Below the pieces are notes generated by a model that saw only the letters and a list, made by a program, of their open reading frames with translations, was not told the DNA's origin and ran no database searches. From the NCBI GenBank assembly GCA_965213685.1, contig CBDBZY010000041.1, positions 524,778-588,777 of the forward strand: a stretch of DNA of 64,000 nt, written 5' to 3'. Made by a program: the position numbers and the translations under genes. Below are positions 12,193-24,499 of this stretch, one piece after another. This DNA comes from a bacterium. Its GTDB lineage: Bacteria; UBA8248. How positions within the stretch are numbered: the first letter of the stretch is position 1; every line of letters starts with the position of its first letter.

Positions 12193-13392
12193 AACTATTC
12201 ACATGTGCACACTTAACAGCCCCACACATAATGATGACAGTCATGTGACCTTTGCTCCTGCAGGTTTGGGGTGCCTGGGGAGGAGGCTGGCCAGTGGCCA
12301 CTGACCATGTACACATGTGCACTGCACAGTAGCTTGACCATGATGTGGCTGCCCTGCAGGAGTCTGCCAGCCTTCAGAGAGTGGTGCTGTCTACCTCACA
12401 CTGTGCTCCATGCATGAGGTGAGCCTTCTGCATTGGTGGGAGAGAGAGGGAGGGAGGGAGGGAGGGAGGGAGGGAGGGAGGGAGAGGGGGAGGGAGGGAG
12501 TGAGGGAGGGGGGGGGAGGGAGGGAGGGAAGAAGAGGAAGGGAGGGATGGAGGGAAAGAGGTATGAAAGAAGGGAGGGAGGGCTAGTACAGTGTAAGTAA
12601 CCTCATTTCCAGGCTCTCCCCCTAGTGCAAGCGTATGATTTTTACATTCTTGTACCCTAAAGGTCATATGTGTGTGCTAGTGGGAGAGCCTGGGAATGAG
12701 GCCGCAGTGTAAACAAGTAATACACATACACATGCACATGGGCCACAGTGGGACTGGCCTGCAAAAATGCGGGATTGTATGCACCTGTGATACCATAAAC
12801 ACCAGTTGTTAGGCACATGCGCCTATAGATGTAAAGAGTAAGACATTATGCACTTAATAATGAATATCGCTAAACGAGAGTTCGGTATACCACAGTTATA
12901 GTGTCCATAAATGTGCTCGGTCCTGTACAGCAAGCCAAGAGTCTATCCATTGTCAATGTTGTCTGCTTTACCGTCGTCAGTTGCTTCTGGCACCTAGCGA
13001 CTACGAGCCGCGTATTTATCGCATGTGCCTAATAAAAGGGTGTGGCAGATATCTAAAAACTATGCGCTTAACAGTGAAGCTTAATAACAAGGTGCACCTA
13101 ACAACCGGTATGTGCATGTACAGTACATGTACATGTAGATGTATACATGTATGGGCCTACAAGGTGGCTCTCCTGCTGGCCTAACCCTCTCTCTGAGGTC
13201 TCTGATGGCAGTGTCAGTCACTCCCTCTCTCCCTCCCACGGCAGGCCACAAGGTCAGAGGTCACCACAGAGCCTCCCTCTGCAGTCCCCAGCCATCCCTC
13301 ATGAAGTGTGGGAGTGTGGGAGTGTGTGGTGGAGGAGCACAAGATGCTCTCGACTGTAGTTGTGCCCTCCACACTCCACTGGTACACACATG

Positions 13393-13476
<84 letters not shown>

Positions 13477-14085
13477 ATACATAACATTGTACATGTACAT
13501 GTACATGTATATGTATGGGGCACAGAGCAATAGGCACAAAGACAATCAGAGCAGAGGGTGACCTGCTGTAGGATGAAGAAGAACTGAACTTGCAGGTGCA
13601 TGTCCTATAAACATATCTATGGGAACCAGTGCACAAGATAAAGCAACTAACTATCATGAGCCACTTTTGAACATTAACCAGCCTCAGAATGGCACATCAG
13701 CTAGCTGCGCCACTTCTTATTGGCATGTTGCGCCGAGGGTTCTGCACTTCAGTGCATTCATTTTCTAAGCCTTTGAGGCTGTTGTAAATTGTTGGTGTTC
13801 GTTCGTTTCTTTCTTCCTTCTTTTCCTTCCTCCTTTCTTGCCCATGCACACACTTTACTGCTCCACATACTGCACTGCACACACAATACCAGAATGCACA
13901 CACATGCATGCACACACGTACATGTATACGTGCATGTGGTTTTGTCGCAAGCTATAGTGTGCATTGAATAGAACTAGCGACTTTCTCTCCTTCACGCAGA
14001 ATGAAGCTCTCTGCAGGCTCACCTCGTCCGTGTCCCTGAGAGGAATCTCTATGGAGGACGCACCAGGTACGTAGCGCGTGGCCAT

Positions 14086-14183
14086 CTCCACTCGCTGCCG
14101 CAGGAGAGAGGGAGCAGAGGCTGGAGCGATGGAGTGCAGTGAGCGTGAGGTGCTTCTATTTAGAGCACATGGGCGGAGTTAGT
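14086..14183 (-). promoter_or_regulatory. CTR9 5'UTR and core promoter with GC box (copies at 33586-33683 and 55966-56063)
   Basis: gggcggagt GC box and ctaaata element upstream of the ATG. Nearly identical in the three copies. Confidence 0.5.
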
Positions 14184-15133
14184 CCTGCCGCGTGGTCGGG
14201 CCAGCAAAGAGCGTGTCTCCATGCGACTGGTGGTGCGAATGGACTGCGCAGGGCAGGGCGGAGAGTCACAGCAAAGGGAGATCAGTTATGAGTATGGAGC
14301 GCAGCCATTGTGGAGAGTGGTGCGGATGAAGCTTATCGGGCACATGTCGTCCTTAGGAACTGCGAGATTAGAGACACTGGCCGGCTCGCTATCGCTCACA
14401 AATGGGGCACCAAGGCCCGGATGCCATGACCCTACAGCGCACTGCTCTCCACTATCACCTCATATCATACAACAGTGTTGTCCCTTCCTCCGCTGCGTGC
14501 CTCCCTCCTTTCCCCTCCCTGTCTTTCTTCTCCCCTCACACTCTATCTCCCCCTCCTCCTCCTCCTCCTCCTCGTTTCCTCTCTCTCTCTCACTCACTAC
14601 AGTGTGTAGGACTACAATGCCCAGAGTTGGTTTGACCCGTTTATTTGGTTGAGTGACCAGGCAAGGGCTAGGAACTACTCTACTTCCATCATGCCCTCAT
14701 CACACTGGTAAAAAGATTTTAACACTTGACCCCTCACTACATGTACTTCTCTTCCTCCTCTTTCTCCCTCCCTCCGCATCTCTCGTTCAAATTTCTTCTC
14801 CCTCTCTCCCTCTCTCCCTCCCTCCCTCTCTCCTGCAGAATTGGCACTGGAGGAGACAGCACAGGGCACTAAATACAGAACTGTCAGTGCCATCAAAGCC
14901 ATCCTGTGAGACACGCACTGCAGTCAGAGACAATTGTCTGTAATTGCTGTGTGTCCTCACCATGTAGTCACTGTATCCCCCTCTCCTCCCCCTCCTTCTC
15001 CTCCTCTGCCTCCTCCTCCTCCTCTTCCTCCTCCAGATTTCTCTATCACTCACTCTCCCCCTCCCTCCATGCTTTCTCTCATACTATTACTGCTGTCTTC
15101 ATCAGTCCAAACACGTGATGTCACAATTATTCT

Positions 15134-15578
15134 TATTGGGGCGAGCCTTAGCGAGCCCCTTCTAGTCCACTCAACACCTGCGCTGTCTGTATATATATAT
15201 TATCATGTATCGTACGACCGTCACCTTCCGAGGGCGCATGCGTACGATTTAAATTCAAAAGCGGCACGTGGGGTTTACATCGAACGTACATCGGACGTTG
15301 AAGTTCAAAGGTCTCAAAGGTCGACTTGGCGCAGCGTCGCAACATGGACTCCGAGCAGAGAAGAGAAGCAAGGCTGAGCCGTAGAAGAGAACGCGAGAGA
15401 CAGGTCGGTAAACACTCCGTGAACCGTCGCCCTTCGCTCTCTTCCATTTCTGACACGTCCCACTCGTCCAGCTTGCGCTTTCTTCCAGCCATTTCGCACA
15501 ACATAAAATGTCACTTCCACTCGGCAACAAGTCAAAGTCGGAAGTAGGCTCGCCCCACAATGCTTGCATTTCGACTAG
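15134..15578 (+). mobile_element. Non-autonomous Helitron/Helentron-like insertion
   Basis: Subterminal IR ggggcgagcc...ggctcgcccc and 3' CTAG. Absent at paralogous sites ~34795 and ~56960. Confidence 0.55.
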
Positions 15579-16188
15579 TGTTATGAACAAACTGCCTTTA
15601 AATCAAAAAGTTTAATTGAATTTTACAAAGTTCACAATGCATTAATGTAACACACGTATCAGCTAGTGTAGGGTGTTGGAGTGAATGTGTAGAAATGATA
15701 ATCCAACATTTCATTATGAAGATATGATTTCAATTGTTACAGTATACAAAGTATTTCATGTTATGTGTTATATACATGTACACCAGATACTTATATGTCA
15801 TACTTCACAAAGGTTGGGGTATAGTTAATCCAACACACATACACGTAATAGCAGGTTGTAATGTGCATATTATGCTTTCTTTACTATAGTAGTATTAAGC
15901 AAAATGTACAATATAACGTCTAATCTCACATAACATGATGTACACATGTTAACTCAGTTAACAAGACAAAGGCAAAGTAAATATACATGTAAACCACATA
16001 TTCTACAAATTTGGTGATGTAATTAAGCCAACACACATAATAGCAGGTTGTAGGAGTGAAGTAACATGTAATACATAGCAGCATACACAAATTATTAAAT
16101 GTAAAATCAAATCACTGCAATAATTAGTGGTAATTAGTTCACATGTACAGTTATGCATAGTGTGCTGTTATCAGAGAAGCAATCAGTG

Positions 16189-17145
16189 TTACTCTAATGA
16201 TCCTACCCACACTTGCTGGGAATACCTCACAACACCCTCCACCCCTCTGGTCACAAGCAGTTCTTGCTGGGAATACCTCTCAACACCCTCCACCTCCCCT
16301 CCAGCTACAAGCAGTTCACCAGAGGGGAGTACTGCACAAGAGGGAGCATACATTCTCACAGGAAGCTCACCACACTTGCTCCATTTTTTCTCTTCTTCCT
16401 CATATCTGTAGAGCTCCTTTCTCTTCTCTGACCCTCCTACCTCCCTCCCTCCTACCAGTAGCAAGTGGTTCTGCAGGGCTAAGAGTGTGGGGCCACCTAC
16501 TGGAGGGGATGGCAGTTCCTGCCATGTTGGGTCAGTGATGGTGTTGCGAGTTGCATTTGATATCAGGGCGGGGAGGTGGGCGGAGAACACGTGAGGCTGA
16601 CCATCTCTCCAGACATATGATGAGATGTATACGTAATCACTAATGATGACTGCTGTCATGTGCTGACCCCTCACAGGAACTGGCTGTGCACTGTACCACT
16701 GGCGAGTGGAGCAGTCCAGGACTTCTACTGTGTCCTTGTAGGGGAACCCACATGCCACAATGAGGTATTGCTGGTAGCCCACAGCAGCTGACCATGCTCT
16801 ACCAGTGGGCATTCTTGGGTAGTGCTGAGTATTCCAAGGATGACCCTCACTGTCCCATAATTGGATAACAGTGCTGCCTTCCCAACCACCAGCTAGTAAT
16901 AGCTGGTCCTTGACTGATGCCATGGCAAACCAGCACACTGTGCTCTCTGGCAGCTGAGACCACTCACCAGTGGTAGAGTTGTATTGCACTACGACATACT
17001 CATTGCTGCCCCGCTCAGCATTCCCACTCCCAATGTGGACCTGTCCCTTCAGTAATGTAGTTTGGGCAAAGCGGATTCCAAAGGGTAAGTCCTTTCCTCT
17101 CCTCCATTTGAGTGGGAGGGGCCATCTCAGTGGCTGGACCTGGGG
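16189..17145 (-). CDS. Kelch beta-propeller terminal exon (copy 2), open, with no kinase exon in its unit
   Basis: Acceptor cag|CCCCAG, 319 codons to stop. About 17-aa tandem duplication near the C-terminus. Confidence 0.8.
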   Translation of the reverse strand, partial: PQVQPLRWPLPLKWRRGKDLPFGIRFAQTTLLKGQVHIGSGNAERGSNEYVVVQYNSTTGEWSQLPESTVCWFAMASVKDQLLLAGGWEGSTVIQLWDSEGHPWNTQHYPRMPTGRAWSAAVGYQQYLIVACGFPYKDTVEVLDCSTRQWYSAQPVPVRGQHMTAVIISDYVYISSYVWRDGQPHVFSAHLPALISNATRNTITDPTWQELPSPPVGGPTLLALQNHLLLVGGREVGGSEKRKELYRYEEEEKKWSKCGELPVRMYAPSCAVLPSGELLVAGGEVEGVERYSQQELLVTRGVEGVVRYSQQVWVGSLE

Positions 17146-18693
17146 CTGTAATGAGGTGAATGATGCAGGGAGGGAGGGAGGGAGGGGGGAGGGGGAGGAA
17201 GACAGAAGGAGTGATGTAGAATAGTGGCATGGAGAGAAGATGAAAGAGAGTAGGAGTGAGGAAAGGGGGAGGAAGGAGAAAGATAATTATGATAATGATA
17301 TTCCATGCACTTGTCCATTATTGTTTTGTATAATTATACACAGGTATGGTATAGCTGGCTAGTATTGCAGGAGGCAATATCTATGGTCCACGGCATTGCC
17401 ATTCTTACAACACCATTCTTAACACCTCATCATTAATTAGCTATTATTAATTCCTTGGCAAGGAGGTTAACGATTAAATTTTACGAGTAACACACTATAT
17501 CCCATCTTGTGTGGCTGGCTCACAGGTGGAGGATGTGCACTGTTCTGGAGAATGGCCACACCAGTCTCTCCTCTCTCACCATATGTGTGAGTGTCTTCCT
17601 CTAGCTCTTCCTCCCTCCCTCTCCCTCCCTCCCTCTCCTTCCCTCCCTCCCCCTTCCTCTCCTTCCCTCCCTCTCCTTCCCTCCCACCTTGTGCAGTTTT
17701 AGTTTAGAGGGATTTGCAGTTGATTAATTCTTAGTTCAATTACCAATGCTGGAGCAATTTTGTTTAGTTTTCCTAATTAATTTTGTTATACTTCGATCTC
17801 TTTAGAACTTCAACACAATTCTTTTGATTATAATATCCCTGATTACTTGCTAGTAAGGATGTAGTTAAAAACACAACAACAACTTACTGTAGTTTTTGTT
17901 ACATGTAGATATTAACAACAATACCATTTACTAGAAGGTTGCACAGATTACTACAGAATTCAACACAATGACTGCAGTAACTGTGTACTGACTTTGCAGT
18001 ACTGGTTTTAATTAACATTACTGTGGGCTGTGATAATTAGGTTAATGTACTTTTGTTGCAATTAACTACTACAGTCCCACCCTCCTTCCCTTCCTCTCAC
18101 CCTTCCCTCACACACTCGCCCCCTCCCCTCCTCCTCTCCCCTCTCCTCCCCTCTCCCTCCCCTCCTCCTCTCCCCATGCCATATGATTGTGTGTGTCCAC
18201 CTCTAGCTCTTCTTCCATCCCTTCCATTCTCCCCTCTCCTTACCTTCCTACCCCCTTATCCCTCTCTCCCTCCCCCCTCCTCCCCTCCCCCCTCGTCTCC
18301 TCCCTCCCCTTCCCCCATCCCCCTTCCCTGCTCTCCCTCTCCCTCTTCTACCTCCCCTCCTCCCTCCCTCCCCTCCTCCCCACCTTCTTTCACCCTCCCT
18401 CACTTCCTATCTTCCCTCCATCCTTCCTTCATCCCTCCTTCGTTAACTACATGTATAAACTACATTGTAGTGAACAGATATCCTTCTGGTGCATGAACTG
18501 AACTAAGAGAAACTGTAACTACAACTAAAACAGGTTCATTGAACTGATTGGCTGCATTCAAAACCCCCTCCCCCTCTCTCTCTCTTCCTCCTCCCCTCCC
18601 TCCTCCTCCCTCTTATAAACACAAATAGGCCTGTGTGGCTAGGTGGATCCATAACAATGCTAATACTATACTACACTAGTCAGATAACATTGA

Positions 18694-18739
18694 TATTCAA
18701 ACGTTTCGGTAGCCATACGGCCACCATCATCAGTGAAAA
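18694..18739 (-). ncRNA. Minimal type I hammerhead ribozyme
   Basis: TTTTCA-CTGATGA-T-GGTGGCC gtat GGCTACC-GAAAC-GTT-TGAA. Core boxes, 7-bp stem II and TTCA/TGAA stem I. Confidence 0.8.
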
Positions 18740-19519
18740 CTGAAACACAGAACAAAACACTCACATGATATAGGCTATGAACTGGAGGCATAGGGACAAG
18801 ATTGGAACGTGCCGAACAATGACCAACTATAGTCAAAGAACAATGCAGACATAGACAGACAACCCAGGTCAGCACTTGGAATCCACTAGGTCATCATACA
18901 TTGGTGGTAGATTGCCTGTGTCTCTGCTCAGTGTGTGGTCGGTGAATCAAATGTGGATGGCCTCCTGGATCAATCTAGAGTGGTAATCTGGGCAGCTAGA
19001 GAGAACACAGGTGTTCTCCCAGTCAACAGGGTGGCTGGCAGTCCACGCATGCTCAGCCAGGGCAGAAGAATTAAAATCAGCTGTTCTGACGGCTCTCTTA
19101 TGCTCAGACAAACGTTTGCATAGTCGACGTCCAGTCTGTCCGATGTAGACCATTGGACAGTTGCCACAGGGGCTCTTGTAGACGACACCCGATATCTGGA
19201 GCTCAGGCACCCTGTCCTTTGGTCGAGACAGTAATTGCCTGAAAGTCTGAAAGGGTTTATAACACACCCTAATCTGCAATGGAGTCAAAATGCGTTCGAT
19301 GCACTCAGACACTCCACGGACATAGGGAATAACAGCACATGCCCTGTACTCTGGTGTTGATGAGGGTGGAACAGTACGAGGTGACTGAGAAGATTGAATG
19401 AACGATCGCGGGTAACCATTCAATCTCAGGGCAGATGTAACACGGCTGGTTTCCTTGATCTGGCCACGTTGTGATGACGAATGGGTTGAAGCCCTAGAAG
19501 AAAGGGTACATACTACCGC

Positions 19520-19565
19520 CATAGATATTAGAGACACGTAACCGGTTATGTGTCTAATATCTATG
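19520..19565. mobile_element. 46-bp hairpin MITE with 7-bp TSD
   Basis: catagatattaga...tctaatatctatg flanked by ctaccgc on both sides. Interrupts the Penelope ORF. Confidence 0.85.
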
Positions 19566-20517
19566 CTACCGCTCTCTTGTGAGAAAAAGGATGGTGGGAG
19601 GAGAAGTCAAGGTATCTATCTGTGTGAGTTGGTTTTCTATATACAGATGTGTTGAGAGAGCCATCAGATTCCCGGTAGACGTTAACATCAAGGAATGGTA
19701 GTCCGCCATCATTCTCAACCTCAACCATGAACTGAATGGAGCACTCGATGCTATTGAGATGTCCTAGTAGGTGATGGACCCTGTCAACACGAATCACAGT
19801 GAATACGTCATCAACGTACTGCTTCCAGAATGGGAGTTAAATGTCATATGAAGCCAAGGCATGTTCCTCCACATCTTCCATGACAAGATTGGCAATGGAG
19901 ACAGACACTGGGGAACCCATGGCTGTCTCATATGTCTGTTTGAAAAACCATCCCCGAAAGCAGAGGTAGGTGGCTTTGAGACAAAACTCAAGAAGGCAGA
20001 GTAACTCCTGGACTGACAAGTTCGAACGTGATGGCAACATATCATCAGATGAAAGTCTGCGGTTGGCAGCATCAAGAGCTAGCTGTACCGGAACCTTTGT
20101 AAACAGGGAAACAACATCAAACGACACCAAACGTTCATCTGGGCGGATGGCTTTGGATGTGATGAACGACACAAACACAGATGAACTGCGTACAAATGAG
20201 TCCGAGTTACCAATCAATGGAGCCAAATCTTTGAGAGGTACTTGAAGAGTTCATACGACAGTGACGAAACAAAGGAGACAATGGGTCTCAATGGAATACC
20301 AATGTTATCTGGCTAGTGTAGTATAGTATTAGCATTGTTCCTCCCTCTTGTTCCTCTTCCCCCATTTCTCAATCCTTACATCTCTCGTATATACCTCCCT
20401 CCTCTTCATCCTTCCCTTCCTCCCACTCCCTTCCACCCTCTCTCTCCTCTCCCATTACACATGTTTCCACACTACTAGAGATAGTTACCACTACATGTAA
20501 ACCACCCACTGCAGTAC

Positions 20518-20577
20518 CTGCTCATGAGCGTTGGCCTGATTAGGAGAGCTCATCTGAGAGGAAGCTTTGGGGGCAGT
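20518..20577 (-). CDS. Linker exon of the kinase-Kelch family (TAPKASSQMSSPNQANAHEQ)
   Basis: ttag|ACT...CAG|gtac, phase 0/0. Similar to 6606-6683. The paralog begins at the window end (~63990). Confidence 0.6.
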
Positions 20578-23419
20578 CTAAAGGAAAGGAATATCACTGT
20601 GAAATATCTAATTGTAAGGAACACTGTAGCAAGGAGAGAGTGAATGGGAGAAGAGAGGAGGAGGTCTAGAGGAATGGGTCTAAATATTAATGTGGTAAGG
20701 TGGAATGAAGGGGAGAAGGAAGGAGAGAGACTAGGGAGGAGGAAGGGAGGTGGGAAGAGATGGAGGAAGGGGGAGTAGGGGAGGAAAAAGGGGAAAAGGA
20801 GGGAAGAAGGGGAGAGAGGAGGGAGGAAGGGGGGAGAGAGGAGGGAGAGAGGAGAGAAGAAGAGGGAGGGGGAGGAGAGAGAGGGGTAAGGAGGGGAGGG
20901 GAAGGGGAGGGGAAGGGGAAAGGAAGGGGGGTAAGGGAAGGGATGAAGGAAGGGGAAGGAGGGAGGGTGGAATCAGAGGAGGGGCGAGGGTCAAAAGGTT
21001 AACCTATTACAAGAGCGCATGATAAAAAAGCGCGGAGGAAACTCTCATATTCACCTGCTGGAACGGGCGGAATATGCGTAGCGTACTAAATGTAGCCACA
21101 CTTCCGTTTGCAGGAATCCGTATGAAGTACACACATGACGTGTATAGCTTCAAAAAAAGTTCAAAGCCACAGAATAGGTGTGTTAATTGCGTGCGTTCTA
21201 AAAATAGTACTGGCAGGTTATTCTGCCCGTACCCGAATCCCGTGAAGTTGGATGCTCTTCCTCCGCGCTTTTTTATCATGCACTCTTGCTATTATGATCA
21301 CATACGCCATATATAATACACAGGACTCTGCATATTTCACCACTGCGCCCGAACAACACATCCCTGATCTTGTTAGTATAAGGATGTAGTTGAGTACACA
21401 ACAACAACTTACTGTAGTTTTAGTTACATGTAATTACAACAATATAATACTATTTAATAGAAGTCTGCACAGATTACTACAGAATTCAACACCATGACTG
21501 CAGTGACTGTGTACAGATTTTGCAGTACTGGTTTTAATTAACATTACTGTGGGCTGTACATGTGACAATTAGTATTGGTTGCACTTTTGGTGTTAGTTGC
21601 AGTTAACTACTACAGTCCCACCCTCCTCCCCCCTTCCTCCCCTTCCTCTCACCCTTTCCTCACACCCCTCCTCCCCTCTCCCTCCTCTCCTCCTCTCCCC
21701 ACTCCCCATGTCATATGATTGTGTGAGTGTCTACCTTAATCTCTTCTTCCATCCCTTCCATTCTCCCCTCTCCTTCCCTTCTTCCCCCTACCTCCCTCTC
21801 CTTCCCTTCCTCCTCCTTCCTCTCTCCTCTCACCCTTCCCTTGCCTCTCCCCCTCTCCCCTCCTCCCTCCCTCTCCCTCCCCCATTTCTCCTCCCCCCTC
21901 TCCCCCTCCCTTTTTCCCCTCCCCTCCCTCCCTTCCTCCCCCTCTCCACCTCCCCCTTTCCCCTCCCCCTTTCCCCTCCCCTTCCTCCCTTCCTCCTCCC
22001 CCTCCCCCATCCCCACTCCCCTCTTCCCTCACTCCCATTCCCCTCCTTTCTTCCTTTGGGGGCAGTCTGGGGAAATGTATACAATGAGGTGACTGATGTA
22101 GGGAGGGAGGAGAGAGGGGAGAGGGAAGGGGGACGGAAGGAGGAAGAAAGGGAGAGATCATTATTGTTTTCCTCACAACTAATCTTCCCACTGGAGTAAT
22201 GATTACTAGGAGGGAGGGAGAGAGGGGAGCAAAGAGTGGTGGGAGGAGGGGAGGGTGGTAGGTAGAGCACAATATGCTCCATAGCTTGCCTATTATTCTA
22301 TTCAGCAATTCTAAACTTAGCCTACTATTCCTTCAGTTCCTGCCTATTATTCTCAAGTTTCTGCCCATTATGATCATAATTATTATGTAAACAAAAAAAT
22401 GAAACCACGTACAGTAGTACAACAAAAAGCCATTGCACGTGTAGAAAATGAGTCATTACCAACGATTCTTCTGTGCTGGATGAACTTAGGTTGCTGGAAC
22501 GTAAGTTATGAGAGCTACACTTCGCCATTCATACACGCTTATCATGTGGTTCGTGCGCCTACGCTTATATTATTCCTTCACGCCACTCTCATTATTTCGG
22601 AATTATGCCCGCTGCTTGTATATCCATATTATGCTGGAAAATATGCCAGCATATTGTGTGCAGGCCTAGGGTGTGGTCGCTGTGGTGGGAAGAGGATGGG
22701 GAGAGGGGGGAGGGGTTATAGACTGGCTGGCCATTTTGTTAAATACTTACTAAGAACGGAGTAAAGGATTGCACTGCTAGGCTGGTCCACCATTACTAAT
22801 TTAAAATACCGAAGAGGCTGCCCTAGCAATCCTGCCATTGACCACGTGCCCAGATATGTAGGTAGTCCACCATTACTAATGAAAGAATGAGGGAATTCGG
22901 ATGTATCAACTTAAGTATTTGACACTGCCCACCACTCTTAATGCTTATATTGAAGGGTGTGCTATAACATCATATTGGAGGAGCCAATTCCAGTGAAACA
23001 TCTGAATAACAGACACATGGACTTCTGTCTGTTGTAGAGAGGTTGTCTGTATCTTGGAGGTTTCCCCTAACTTTGGGGTTATATATATGTGCCATGTCGA
23101 TCAAGAATAGCGTGCAGAAGTATCTTTGATTTCATTACTTACTTAATGGCCAGTGAAGTCATTAGCAATATAGCTACTAACCTACAGGCTGATCACATTA
23201 CCAGCTCCTCTTGAAACAAATGCTTTGCTGGATACTGGGAGGAGCCTGACTCAGTGAAGCACGGGAACAGTATCATGCTTGGAGATGATGATTTTATGGA
23301 GTAAGGAGTCATCAACAAGACAGCCGTGCTTCTAAGCAAAAAGAATTATGCAGGAATAACTTTTTTGATAATGTGAGCAAAATAGGTACAGGGCCTAACT
23401 GTGCAACTCTTATGTGTAG

Positions 23420-23549
23420 GTTAGTAACCCAACGCGAGTTTGTCGGGCATTTAGAATCCCCAGGGTGTGTTTACAGAGGGCGAAGCCCGACTATGTAAAC
23501 ACACGTGGGATTCTAAAGCCTGAAAAAACGAGGGTTGGGTTACTAACCA
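23420..23549. repeat. Long imperfect palindrome centred on gggcgaagccc (transposon terminus-like)
   Basis: gttagtaacccaac...gttgggttactaac with nested stems. Confidence 0.6.
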
Positions 23550-24119
23550 GCTTAAAAATGGCGCGAGGTTACTAACTATCTGTCAGCAGAGGAGGTTGGA
23601 CACGATGTTGTTGTTACGTAATTATCACATGACCAAATGCATACCATAACCATAAGCCCGTATTAAGAGCGCATATAGCGTCTGAGAACGTAGCGAGGTC
23701 ATGGCCGTGCTTAGGTGGGATTAAGAATTAAAAAGAACCTCAAAATGGCCACTAGTTACTTGATAATGCGTTAGTAGCTTCTCTCCTGTCCCAGCACTCG
23801 TAAAGAAAACGGAAGAAAGCAAACGTAGCTAAGAAATTCAACCTTGGTAGCAAAGTGGTCGGGGCGCTTAGTCTCTACGGCTACCTTGGGATATGAACGA
23901 CAAATTGTTAAAGTTTAAACGAAATCCATTCGTGGCTCCCCAAGAAACTGAGGCCAGAACAAACATGGTTCTTCAAATGAAGTTTTCTATAGAACGCGCT
24001 CTGGAATGCAATTTTATTCCAATCTAAGGAGAGCTCACGTGGCCGTGTCCGACCTCCTCTGATCTGTCGGTGACCTGGGTTTACTTAGCGAAAAAAATCT
24101 CCTCATTATCATCTTAATT

Positions 24120-24440
24120 TATGGATGCCATTTTCTAAAGCATGTTATTTGGTGCAGCCTTCCTCAGCAGCAGCTGAGGGTGTCTTTTCGATTTTATTAT
24201 ATTCACCTTCTCTACTGCACAAGAATCATCATTGGAAGACTATAATACAAGTATCAATCATGTTGTAATACAAGTATAGAGCTTTGTTTAAGGCTTTGTA
24301 CATTCGGAAAAGTAATATTATGGTAACTCACAAGAAAAATTGGCAACATGAAAAGAAAAATTGGCCGCTTGAAAAGAAAAATAGGTGGAATAAAGGAAAT
24401 AATTATGCTAAGCGTTGAGCATAATCCACAAAGGCCTAAG
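24120..24440 (+). mobile_element. hAT transposase C-terminal remnant and right end
   Basis: LVQPSSAAAEGVFS...QESSLEDY. Ends aggccta. Confidence 0.55.
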
Positions 24441-24499
24441 CCTGGGGCTGGCTTGCTTCCTGGGCATCAGACTGTCACATCGCTCACATTTGGCTGTGT

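Larger units (their letters stand above)
18652..20339 (-). mobile_element. Penelope-like retroelement (RT plus C-terminal GIY-YIG), 5'-truncated and frameshifted
   Basis: LVSFDVVSLFT, AMGSP, LPFLDV, YRKPTHT, GVVYKSPCGNCPMVYIGQTGR. Inverted ~40 bp ends. Confidence 0.92.

Noticed and set aside
14221-14652. Plus-strand ORF divergent from CTR9-A
   Set aside because: No recognisable motif, runs into low-complexity sequence, and is deleted in the other units.
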